Below are positions 9,702 to 18,283 of a stretch of 64,000 bases of DNA, piece by piece. Within the stretch, counting starts at the first letter, position 1; every line of letters begins with the position of its first letter. A program made the position numbers and the translations under genes. The notes under the pieces are model-generated. The model did no database searches. It was given only the letters and a program-made list of their open reading frames with translations, and had not been told where the DNA came from. Source of the DNA: Bdellovibrio sp. (GTDB lineage: Bacteria > Bdellovibrionota > Bdellovibrionia > Bdellovibrionales > Bdellovibrionaceae); the NCBI GenBank assembly GCA_036677065.1, contig JAKFBS010000004.1, positions 416,001 through 480,000 on the forward strand. Direction: 5' to 3'.

Positions 9702-10478
9702 CTAGGAAAACCAATACGAGCGCATTGAAATCGAACCATTCTGAATTTCGTTGTAAACGACTTCGGGTGGGTTTATTCGATTTTCAAAACTGGCTCCTAG
9801 GCAATACACCAGTGGTAAAAAATGTTCTGGCGTTGGTACGGCTAATTTGCCAGCAGGGTGTTTGTCCCAGCTTTCAATTAAATTTTGATCGTCGCGATTT
9901 TTTACCTGTTGGTGAACCCAATGGTCAAAATCTGAACTCCACGGCATGACCGGAGCTTTTTCTTTCCAGTCAAAGTTTCGTAAGTTATGCACGATATTGC
10001 CAGAACCTAAAATTAAAATACCTTGCTCGCGCAAATCTGCAAGCTTTTCAGCTAAGCGGTAATGTTCGGTGAAAGATTTGCTGCGGTCTAAACTTAATTG
10101 CACAACTGGAATATCAGCTTTCGGAAAAAGGTGAACTAACGTCGACCACGCTCCATGATCTAAACCCCAGCTATTTTCTGCAGGCTTAATTCCAAGTTCT
10201 GATTTTTTATCAAACATTTGTGGATATCCTGGTGGCTGATATTTAATTTCATACAACTCATCAGGAAACCCAGACATATCATAGATCTGTTTGGGTTTTG
10301 TATCCGCCGTAAAGTAGGTACCATGAGCAGTCTCCCAGTGAGCAGAAACCATTAAGATCGCTTTCGGTGGATTTTTTAATAATCTTTCACCTAAATCATT
10401 TAATGTTCTTGAATACTCGTTATCAGCTAGCGCATTCATCGGTGAACCGTGGCCAATAAATAAAACGGGCTGTCTCAT
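9702..10478 (-). CDS. ygiD: 4,5-DOPA extradiol dioxygenase (YgiD/LigB family)
   Basis: FIGHGSPMNAL, SAHW, GLDHGAW, GSGNIVHNL, PTPEHFLPL. Confidence 0.9.
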   Translation of the reverse strand: MRQPVLFIGHGSPMNALADNEYSRTLNDLGERLLKNPPKAILMVSAHWETAHGTYFTADTKPKQIYDMSGFPDELYEIKYQPPGYPQMFDKKSELGIKPAENSWGLDHGAWSTLVHLFPKADIPVVQLSLDRSKSFTEHYRLAEKLADLREQGILILGSGNIVHNLRNFDWKEKAPVMPWSSDFDHWVHQQVKNRDDQNLIESWDKHPAGKLAVPTPEHFLPLVYCLGASFENRINPPEVVYNEIQNGSISMRSYWFS

Positions 10479-10499
10479 GGTGTCCTCCTTACGCATTAA

Positions 10500-11114
10500 C
10501 TATTTGGCTTTTGCACCCTGTACTTTTAAAGAAATTGTTACTTCATCACCGACCACGGGGCCAACCTCAACGGCTTTGCTCCATTTTAAACCGAACTGTT
10601 GACGGTTAATTTTTGTCGAAGCATTGAAAGCTGCTTTTTCGTTACCGTAGGCATCTTTAACTACACCTAAAAATTTACCATCTAAAGTCACTTCTTTAGT
10701 TTTATCTTTAATTGTTAAATCACCGACGACTTTAAAATTTTCGGCAGTGCCTGTGATTTTTTTACTTTTGAATGTCATTTTCGGATATTTAGCGACATCA
10801 AAAAAATCTGCGCTTTTTAAATGTTTATCGCGGTCGCCATTTGAGGTGTCGATCGTTGATACATCAATTGAAGCTGTTACTTTTGAATCGGTGAATTTAT
10901 CAGCTAATTCAATTTCGCCGTCAAATTTGGTAAAGCGGCCTTCGACTGTTGAAATCACTAAGTGGGGGATTTCAAAGCCTACTTTTGAATGCGCTTCATC
11001 TAAAGTGTATTTGCCGGCTTGGCTTGAAGCCGCAGCTTTTTTGTCAGCAGCTTGAGTTGTAAAACCTAAAGTACTGATAGCTAATGCGATTAATAGTGTT
11101 TGTTTGTGGTTCAT
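10500..11114 (-). CDS. yceI: YceI-family lipid/polyisoprenoid-binding periplasmic protein
   Basis: LDEAHSKVGF, RDKHLKSADFFDV, GDLTIK; ATG 11114 with SD AAGGAG and a signal peptide. Confidence 0.92.
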   Translation of the reverse strand: MNHKQTLLIALAISTLGFTTQAADKKAAASSQAGKYTLDEAHSKVGFEIPHLVISTVEGRFTKFDGEIELADKFTDSKVTASIDVSTIDTSNGDRDKHLKSADFFDVAKYPKMTFKSKKITGTAENFKVVGDLTIKDKTKEVTLDGKFLGVVKDAYGNEKAAFNASTKINRQQFGLKWSKAVEVGPVVGDEVTISLKVQGAKAK

Positions 11115-11203
11115 AGTGTTTCTCCTTAAAAAAAACGTTTTGTTCAATTGAGTTAAGTATCGCCCGAAATTCAGTGTTGCAAAAGACCCTATAATTGGAA
11201 ATA

Positions 11204-11225
11204 ATTGTTCCAATAGTGGAACAAT
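11204..11225. promoter_or_regulatory. Probable LysR operator between divergent yceI and lysR
   Basis: Palindrome ATTGTTCCA-ATAG-TGGAACAAT. Confidence 0.6.
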
Positions 11226-11241
11226 GTGAGGGCTTTCAAGA

Positions 11242-12138
11242 ATGGAACAACTGGGTTTAGATCTGAATCTTGCTAAAATTTACGTCAAAGTGATCGAATA
11301 CAAGAGCTTTAGCCAGGCGGCGCGTATGTTGCGTATGCCAAAGTCGACGATTTCGCGCTCGGTCAGTCAGTTAGAAAAAGACTTAGGTATTCAGTTAATT
11401 CTTAGAACAACTCGTCAATTCAGTATGACTCACCAAGGTGAAACATTCTATCACGACTGCAAACACCTCCTGGGCGATTTTGAAGTTAAGGTGAATCAGC
11501 TGATAGAAAGCAAAAAAGGTGCTAAGGGAACCGTTCGCGTAACAGCGCCGTTAGATCTTGGGGTCGCTGTGTTAAATCCGCTGATCATAGAATTCACTGA
11601 AAGCTACCCCTTAGTTGAAATTGAAGTCGATTATTCAGATGAAGTTGTAAATTTAGTGCGTGAAGGATTTGATTTAGCTTTAAGAATCGGAACCCCGAAA
11701 GACAGTCGTTTAAAAATGAAAAAAATCGGCGAGTCTTCTTTTTCAGTGATGGCCACTAATGAGTTTTGGCAGCGCCATGGTTATCCGCAAAAGCCCCAAG
11801 ACTTAGATGAATTGCCCTATATGCATTTCAGCCGGTTCGGGCGATCAATTCGATTTAGCAATGGCAAAGAGAGTTTCAGCATTAAAAATGAACCGCGCAT
11901 TACAATCAATAATTTAGAATCGTTAAAAAGTATCGTGCTGGCATCGCAAGGGTTTAGTCTAATTCCAGATTTTTTTGCAAAGGCAGAAGTGCAAAAAGGA
12001 ATATTAGAGGTGGCCTTAAAGTCTTATAAGGCTGTCGCCGCTCCGATTTACTGGGCGATGCCAGAGCATAAAGAAAATGCTCTGGTGATTAAAAATTTTA
12101 GGGAGTTTATTACCCCTAAAATTCGGATGAGTTTATAG
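11242..12138 (+). CDS. LysR-family regulator (CrgA/DmlR-like)
   Basis: SFSQAARMLRMPKSTISRSVSQLE HTH, LILRTTRQF, GFDLALRIG. Confidence 0.92.
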   Translation: MEQLGLDLNLAKIYVKVIEYKSFSQAARMLRMPKSTISRSVSQLEKDLGIQLILRTTRQFSMTHQGETFYHDCKHLLGDFEVKVNQLIESKKGAKGTVRVTAPLDLGVAVLNPLIIEFTESYPLVEIEVDYSDEVVNLVREGFDLALRIGTPKDSRLKMKKIGESSFSVMATNEFWQRHGYPQKPQDLDELPYMHFSRFGRSIRFSNGKESFSIKNEPRITINNLESLKSIVLASQGFSLIPDFFAKAEVQKGILEVALKSYKAVAAPIYWAMPEHKENALVIKNFREFITPKIRMSL

Positions 12139-13050
12139 AAGTAAAAGCATACTGGCGATGCCAGAATAGAATTTGATTTGGCGATCACGAATCACATGCG
12201 GATTGCGCACACCTAACAAATAGAAGTGACGGTAATCTAAACACTGTTCCCAGTGCTCTAAATTAAGAACAAAAGATTTATCAGAACGTACTTTATTTAA
12301 AGTTTTTTCTGTTGTCGGGATATTGGTCGTCCAAGTAGCCGATGCGAAACTGACAATACCATCTGATGGGCCTGTGATAAAGGCATCAGTCACACTCAAT
12401 ACGGCAGTCATGTTAGCTGCATTGGTGATATCCCAGTTAACGGGTTGGTAGCCACCGTAAGCGATAATTTTAAGAGTTGAAGGTACACGCACAGATTGAA
12501 TAAACTTTTGCACATACGGTGTAGTTAACTGGCGAAGACCATCTAAGCGGGCTAAATCCATTAAAGCTCTGAATGGCCAAGAGTTCTCACGCCATTTTTC
12601 GACGAACTCAACACCATTAAATGGAGTACTTACCGTAACAAGTGTCTTAATATAGCGGGCGCCTTTATTGATCGCGTATAAAGCGTATAATCCACCAGCA
12701 CTGTGGCCGATCACATTTACTTCAGCATTAGGCGCCAGCTGTTTAAGGTTTACGAATAACTTTAAAACGCGTTCGCCATTATCTTCGATAGTGCCAACAG
12801 GGTTTAGTTTTTGCGCAATCACTACAGTGTAGCCCTTGCTTTGCATGGCTTGAACGATATCGCCTGAAAAATACTCTGGCGCGAACGTATTGAAAAAGCC
12901 TGGCACAAACACAGCGATGCGTTTTGTACTGGCTGACAATGTGTCGGTCGTTAAGATTTGGTCATTATTTGATTCTAATAATTGAGCATTAACAAACAGT
13001 GGCGAAAACACCACAGACAGAATCAAAACTAAAGATGTAAGTTTTACCAT
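12133..13050 (-). CDS. Secreted lipase / alpha-beta hydrolase
   Basis: Signal peptide, VFVPG, GHSAGG nucleophile elbow, STPFNG, SDGIV. Confidence 0.85.
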   Translation of the reverse strand: MVKLTSLVLILSVVFSPLFVNAQLLESNNDQILTTDTLSASTKRIAVFVPGFFNTFAPEYFSGDIVQAMQSKGYTVVIAQKLNPVGTIEDNGERVLKLFVNLKQLAPNAEVNVIGHSAGGLYALYAINKGARYIKTLVTVSTPFNGVEFVEKWRENSWPFRALMDLARLDGLRQLTTPYVQKFIQSVRVPSTLKIIAYGGYQPVNWDITNAANMTAVLSVTDAFITGPSDGIVSFASATWTTNIPTTEKTLNKVRSDKSFVLNLEHWEQCLDYRHFYLLGVRNPHVIRDRQIKFYSGIASMLLLL

Positions 13051-13261
13051 GTATCCCCCCCGGAAAACCTTGTGAAACTTGGGTAAGAACCTAAGCTTAG
13101 GAACCTTGGGCTGTCACTAACGGTGAATGAAAAAACAAAAATTAGAGTTAAAAACCTATAAAATTCACCTTAACGTAAATTTGACATGTTGCGACATCGC
13201 TTGAAATAGAGTATAAAGGTAGGCGTCTCAGAACACACACGGACCTTTGGGGGTACAATAT

Positions 13262-13834
13262 ATGTCAAACACGGAATCAACTCCGACAGCACCAGCTATT
13301 AACGTTAAAGATACTGGTAGAACAAAAGAAGACGAAATCGAAATTAATGATGAAGATGAATTAGAATCAGCAGGCAAGGTTCACGACCGTTTCGGTGGTG
13401 ATGATGATATCGCAGTAGATGCAGGCTTAGATAACACACAAGCTTTAAACTTATTATCTGAAGAAGATGAAGACTTTAACTTTGATGCTGTAGAAAACAT
13501 TTTAGAACTTCCTGAAAATGAATTTCCTAAATTTACTCTGGCAAAAAATAAAGCGCGCTTTTTACGTATGGTATCTTGGTACCGTCAAAAAGAAGAGTGG
13601 ATTGAAGTAGCTCCTTTATCTGGAGTGCAAAAGCTTTTCAAACAACAAACTAAAGAGCTTGAAGGCATCCGCGCATCTAAAATGGATTACGAAATGGAGC
13701 TTGAGACAGGAACATTAACTCCGTCACAACGTTCTTACAAACGTGACGAATTAAAAATGTGCCGCGTACAAGAGAAAATGGCTGTTCACTTAATCTCTAA
13801 GTTACAGTTAAAAATCAAATCTGGCCGCAGATAG
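13262..13834 (+). CDS. Hypothetical protein with an acidic N-terminal half and a basic helical C-terminal half
   Basis: ATG 13262 with G-rich SD; upstream TTGCGA-N17-TATAAA. Confidence 0.75.
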   Translation: MSNTESTPTAPAINVKDTGRTKEDEIEINDEDELESAGKVHDRFGGDDDIAVDAGLDNTQALNLLSEEDEDFNFDAVENILELPENEFPKFTLAKNKARFLRMVSWYRQKEEWIEVAPLSGVQKLFKQQTKELEGIRASKMDYEMELETGTLTPSQRSYKRDELKMCRVQEKMAVHLISKLQLKIKSGRR

Positions 13835-13885
13835 TATCGCCAGATAACATTTGAACGAATAATTAAAACGGATCATGATAAAAAC

Positions 13886-14602
13886 ATGATCCGTTTTTTA
13901 TTTCTGGCGCTATTACTTATTTCTCACGGCTTGATGGCTGCGACCATTCAAGGTTTTAGCGATGAGCATTTCTACCCCATGGCAGAGCGGGCTCGCGGAC
14001 AAAAATCAAAAAACTTATTAATTGCCGGCGCTATTCTTTCAGCGGCTAGTTACGATAAACAGTATGAAATTCCAAAAGCCACCGAGAGCCAAATTAAAAT
14101 GGGCGAAGATTTGGGTGGGGGAGTGTTCTCTGGTCTTATCATCGCTTCACAATATATCTTTGATAGTGATACTTATAATTACCAATCGCATTTGCGCGGC
14201 TTAGCTTACGATATTGGTTTTGTCTTTGGAATGAAGGCGCTTTTGCATGGGCGCTGGCCCGGGGCCAATTATGATTATCAAGCTTTTCCCTCAGCGCATG
14301 CATCGATTGCATTTATGAGCGCGACAAGTTTGACCTACGCTTATGGCTGGCCAATGGCCATCATTGCATACCCTGCAGCAACGTTCGTCGCGTATTCGCG
14401 CTTAGGATATGATTGCACTCGCATGTCAGATGTTATCGCAGGAGCTACAATCGGTATCTGGCTTGGCAGAGCAAGCTACTATGAAAATGTAGAGGCCGCG
14501 AAAGATATTCGTCTGCAGAAGAATCCAAAGCTATCAACGCTTGAAGTTTTTCCGATTTTCTCAGCCAATCAAATTGGAACAGTCATTTATTACTCATTTT
14601 AG
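13886..14602 (+). CDS. PAP2-family phosphatase
   Basis: KALLHGRWP, AFPSAHAS, YSRL...SDVIAGATIG (the third-motif His appears absent). Confidence 0.8.
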   Translation: MIRFLFLALLLISHGLMAATIQGFSDEHFYPMAERARGQKSKNLLIAGAILSAASYDKQYEIPKATESQIKMGEDLGGGVFSGLIIASQYIFDSDTYNYQSHLRGLAYDIGFVFGMKALLHGRWPGANYDYQAFPSAHASIAFMSATSLTYAYGWPMAIIAYPAATFVAYSRLGYDCTRMSDVIAGATIGIWLGRASYYENVEAAKDIRLQKNPKLSTLEVFPIFSANQIGTVIYYSF

Positions 14603-14698
14603 TCCTAGTCTCACGACCAGAAAATTTTGTTTTGAGTCGCTCTACGCGGCTTAAAATCGTTATAAGCATTTATTCTTAATTAAATTTGAATCAGCCCC

Positions 14699-14725
14699 TA
14701 AAGGTTTTCTATTTCATTCCGATAC
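14699..14725 (+). promoter_or_regulatory. sigma28/FliA-type promoter of the Fis-like gene
   Basis: TAAA-N15-TCCGATAC. Confidence 0.55.
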
Positions 14726-14830
14726 ATTCATTGTGAGTCGTTTGAATCATACAGGTACAAAAGACTTTAGATTTTTAGCTTAATGTTTTTTAAATGGCGT
14801 AATGCCAAGACGATTAAAGAGGGAGGCCTA

Positions 14831-15268
14831 ATGGCTCGATCATTTGTATACATTGTATCAGAGAATCCTGAAGTCGTTGAGAAGGTAAAAAAATCTTGCG
14901 AAGGTCAAGATGTTAACTTTTTCAATTATTCAGGGCCGCAATGGAGAGAAGGAATGGACAATCCATTCTTCAGAACACAACTAACTAACGGTGTTCCAGC
15001 TCTTACTGCCGGTTTAACACCCATCACTCATGAAGGTGGAAACAACGTAGTTTCTTTCCCTCAGGCTTCTTCTGGTCAAACAGAAAAAGTGCAGAAGATG
15101 GAAGACATGGAAGCTCGTGCTATCGAAGCTGCTATTTACCAATATAAAGGTAATTTAACAGAAGCGGCAAAAGCATTAGGCATTGGCCGTGCGACTCTTT
15201 ATCGTAAAGTAAAACAATATCACATCGACCCCTCCCAAGCTCGACGTCGTAAGTTAGTAGCTGCCTAG
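14831..15268 (+). CDS. Fis-family (HTH_8) DNA-binding protein lacking an AAA+ domain
   Basis: EARAIEAAIYQYKGNLTEAAKALGIGRATLYRKVK; ATG 14831 with SD GGAGG. Confidence 0.85.
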   Translation: MARSFVYIVSENPEVVEKVKKSCEGQDVNFFNYSGPQWREGMDNPFFRTQLTNGVPALTAGLTPITHEGGNNVVSFPQASSGQTEKVQKMEDMEARAIEAAIYQYKGNLTEAAKALGIGRATLYRKVKQYHIDPSQARRRKLVAA

Positions 15269-15351
15269 CCTTTGGCTAGGGTGTAGCAGCTTAATCGCAG
15301 TTACACACTGTTACTATTCGCGACCGATATTTGATTTAATCAAAATGAAAC

Positions 15352-15389
15352 ATACGGCTGGACCTTTGGTCTGGCCGTATCGTTTTTTT
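15352..15389 (+). terminator. Intrinsic terminator
   Basis: ATACGGCTGGACC-TTT-GGTCTGGCCGTAT followed by a T tract. Confidence 0.75.
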
Positions 15390-15432
15390 GGCGTTTGTAT
15401 GAGAGAATTATCTATAAGCTCACGGAGAGAAT

Positions 15433-15942
15433 ATGACTAAACCAAATAAAATTTTTGCGGCTCTTGTAGGTGTTATCGCGATCGCTTTTACGACTCATTA
15501 CTTTTTTGTAAGTAGCATTGAAGAAAATGATCGTGAAGTCGCTAGTTTTGGTGAACGTAATTCTGTGGATCAAATTAAATGGGAACATAACTTAGCCCGT
15601 GATTTAGCAGCAGGAAAAGTAAAAACCCAATTGCCTTCGCAAGTTTCTTGGCAAGATGTTTTCGTTTATGAATTCTTACGTGGCCAATACAATATTTCTT
15701 TGAAACAAGGTCAGATTGACCGCATCACTTTGCAAGACCAACATGAAGGTTTTGCCATTGATGTAAATCAGTTTATGAAAGACTACGGCTCTAAGATGAA
15801 AAACTTCACGAAATTCGAAGTTAAAAAAATCGATGCTAAGCAAGATATCGTCGAGCTAATGGATGCTTCTGGGCATGATGCTGGCGCGTTTTTGTTTAAC
15901 CGCAATGACCAAGGTCGAGTGACTGAAATAGTCGTTCAATAA
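15433..15942 (+). CDS. Membrane-anchored hypothetical protein
   Basis: N-terminal TM segment, SD GGAGA. Confidence 0.75.
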   Translation: MTKPNKIFAALVGVIAIAFTTHYFFVSSIEENDREVASFGERNSVDQIKWEHNLARDLAAGKVKTQLPSQVSWQDVFVYEFLRGQYNISLKQGQIDRITLQDQHEGFAIDVNQFMKDYGSKMKNFTKFEVKKIDAKQDIVELMDASGHDAGAFLFNRNDQGRVTEIVVQ

Positions 15943-15989
15943 CGAAGCTACCATCCGTGGCGAACTTCTGACGGCGTCCTGCCGTCAGA
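15942..15989. repeat. 48-nt double-hairpin intergenic repeat, copy 2
   Basis: ACGAAGCTACCATCCGTGGCGAACTTCTGACGGCGTCCTGCCGTCAGA; compensatory changes relative to copy 1. Confidence 0.75.
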
Positions 15990-16016
15990 TCAAGTTAAAA
16001 ATTTTTAAAATTAGAC

Positions 16017-16043
16017 TCTGTTTTTCCTCTGAAATACCGATAA
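16017..16043 (+). promoter_or_regulatory. sigma28-type promoter, apparently leaderless
   Basis: ACCGATAA (16036-16043), then 7 nt to ATG; weak -35 (TCTG). Confidence 0.55.
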
Positions 16044-16050
16044 ATTTAGT

Positions 16051-17295
16051 ATGGTATTTCCAGATTTAAATACATTTGAAATTTCTGAACAAAAACATAA
16101 ACCGTTGGTGCCGATTCGTGTTCTTTCATTCGTGATTGATTACTTTATTTTTGCACCGGTGATCAGCTTTCTGATTTTAGTTTTTTTTCACAGTGGGGTA
16201 GACATCTACCGCAGTTTTCCGAAATCGGCTGAAGCACAATCTGTTTTTGGGTATTTAGTTGTTGGCTACGTGATTTTGTCGACGTTTTTTCAGGCGCTGT
16301 TTATATCGTTTATCGGCGCGACACCTGGGCAGTATTTTTTAAAACTTAAAGTTGAATTTAAAAATACGCAGTATCCGATTTTTTTACAGGCCTGGGCCCG
16401 CCAGTTTGGTTTTGTGATTAGTTTTTTATTTTTAGGTATTCCATTTTTAAAAGCCTTAGCTGATGAAAACGGGCAGTGCTTTTATGAAAAGATGACTGAA
16501 TCTCAGTTAGTGTCGCGTTGGCCGATGGATCGTGATTCTTATTTTTTTAAAGCCATTGATGTTGATCGTAAATTTTGGTCGGCTTCGCTGGCAACGATCA
16601 GTTCATTTTTAATTGCTCTGGGGCTAGTGATGTTTTGGAAGAACTATCAGTATGTTCTTACGTCTCCTGACACTTATGCAAAGATCAAAGCCAAGAAAAA
16701 ATCTTGTACAGAGTTTGTACATTTGGATTCAACTGATCGCCTACGTTATGCCATTGCGATGAATTTAGTTGGCACAGTCAGCGATGCCTGCCTTGATCAG
16801 GAAGCTGATTTTGTCTTATGGCGTAATTTTACAGATGACCGCGCCTTAGCTTATTTTGCTAAGTTTGTTTCTAGTAATAATGATCGTTTAGAAAGTAAAT
16901 ATTTAAAGCAGGCCTGCACAGAAGATGAATCTTCTGAAGGTTGTTACTGGGCCACTACATTTACCGAAAATAACTTCGCGGCGATTCGTAATAAGCCTGA
17001 AATGGCCAGAACCTTGTTAGGTAAAGTTTTACTTTATGAATTTGCATCTAAAGGTAATACGAAAAAACGTCTTCAGGCTTTTAATGATTTAAAAGAATAC
17101 GTTAATTTTAAAAGTGTGAAGAAGTATCTTCTGTTAGAAAATTTAAATTTAAATTTAAATAATGATATGGAAGAATTAACAGCTAAAACTACTCTGCAAG
17201 ATCCAAAATCACGCCGTCCTGCTAATTTTGAGCCTTTGAAAAAAGAACCTCTGTTAGACAGCGATGAAATTAAAACGCTGATCGAGGATTTATGA
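16051..17295 (+). CDS. RDD-family membrane protein with a large C-terminal extracytoplasmic domain
   Basis: RVLSFVIDYFI, GATPGQYFLKLKV, ARQ motifs; Cys-containing C-terminal region. Confidence 0.8.
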   Translation: MVFPDLNTFEISEQKHKPLVPIRVLSFVIDYFIFAPVISFLILVFFHSGVDIYRSFPKSAEAQSVFGYLVVGYVILSTFFQALFISFIGATPGQYFLKLKVEFKNTQYPIFLQAWARQFGFVISFLFLGIPFLKALADENGQCFYEKMTESQLVSRWPMDRDSYFFKAIDVDRKFWSASLATISSFLIALGLVMFWKNYQYVLTSPDTYAKIKAKKKSCTEFVHLDSTDRLRYAIAMNLVGTVSDACLDQEADFVLWRNFTDDRALAYFAKFVSSNNDRLESKYLKQACTEDESSEGCYWATTFTENNFAAIRNKPEMARTLLGKVLLYEFASKGNTKKRLQAFNDLKEYVNFKSVKKYLLLENLNLNLNNDMEELTAKTTLQDPKSRRPANFEPLKKEPLLDSDEIKTLIEDL

Positions 17296-18245
17296 TTTTT
17301 CCAGGCGATATTTATCAGCAAAAAATTCAGCCAAGTTTAACGCCAGTTTGGATATTGATGGCGATCAATGTGTTTGTGTATTTACTTACATTAGTGGGAT
17401 ATTCAGATCCAGGCCGTAATTATCGTCCTGAAATTTATCAGGAAAAGATCGCCAAACTTTCTGAGATGTATCGTCAAACACTAGACCCTATTGAACTTGA
17501 AACATATAACCCGCAAAATATTCCGGCGATGATTCGTGATTCGCGTTTTTGGTTACGGGCCCAGAATTTTCCGTTTAAAGGCGACCAGGTTAAAATTGAA
17601 GACACGAAAATATTTTTAGCAGACCTACGCTCTGAATATTTAAAGTCTCCGCAGTATACTTTTGGTTTGTCACCATCACCAACCTCATTGTGGGCTTGGT
17701 TTACCTATCAGTTTTTACACACTGGTTTTTTTCATTTAGCGATGAATTTGTTTTTTTTATTCTTAGTGCTTTCGGTTTTACAAAAAATGGTTCCGCAAAG
17801 CTGGATTTATTCAGTGTATGTCATCAGCGGTTTAGGTGGCGGGGTCGCGTATCTTTATATGAATCAATTTAATGAAATCGCAGTTCTTGGAGCCAGCGGC
17901 GCTATTTGCGGTTTGATGGCCTTTTTGGCTGTGATCGGCAATATAAAAAACATTGAGTGGAGTTATTTTTTATCTCCGCTAAAAGGTTATTACGGCATTA
18001 TTTATTTACCGGCTTTTTTGCTATTTCCTGTTTATTTGCTTTCTGATTTTACCACAGTTCTTTATTACACCTCAGGGGTGCAGTCTTCGGTGGCGCATTC
18101 AGCGCACATTGGTGGCACGCTGGTTGGATTTTTATTGGGATTATACTTTCTGTGGGATCAAAAAGTTAAAATGAATGTCTTAAATAATTGGGGACACGCC
18201 TTGTCGCCAGAAGATTATTCTGAACTAAGAGATAAAATCAGTTAA
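17292..18245 (+). CDS. Rhomboid intramembrane serine protease
   Basis: TYQFLHTGFFHLAMN, GASGAICG, AHSAHIGG; ATGA overlap with the RDD gene. Confidence 0.9.
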   Translation: MIFPGDIYQQKIQPSLTPVWILMAINVFVYLLTLVGYSDPGRNYRPEIYQEKIAKLSEMYRQTLDPIELETYNPQNIPAMIRDSRFWLRAQNFPFKGDQVKIEDTKIFLADLRSEYLKSPQYTFGLSPSPTSLWAWFTYQFLHTGFFHLAMNLFFLFLVLSVLQKMVPQSWIYSVYVISGLGGGVAYLYMNQFNEIAVLGASGAICGLMAFLAVIGNIKNIEWSYFLSPLKGYYGIIYLPAFLLFPVYLLSDFTTVLYYTSGVQSSVAHSAHIGGTLVGFLLGLYFLWDQKVKMNVLNNWGHALSPEDYSELRDKIS

Positions 18246-18250
18246 CAATT

Positions 18251-18278
18251 AAAAAAAAAGGGGAAGAGTCTTCCCCTT
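18251..18278 (-). terminator. Intrinsic terminator of putA
   Basis: AAGGGGAAG...CTTCCCCTT followed by a U9 tract on the minus strand. Confidence 0.75.
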
Positions 18279-18283
18279 GCGAA

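Noticed and set aside
8664..15989. CRISPR or transposon-end interpretation of the 48-nt repeat
   Set aside because: Only two dispersed copies, with no spacers, cas genes, transposase or target duplication.
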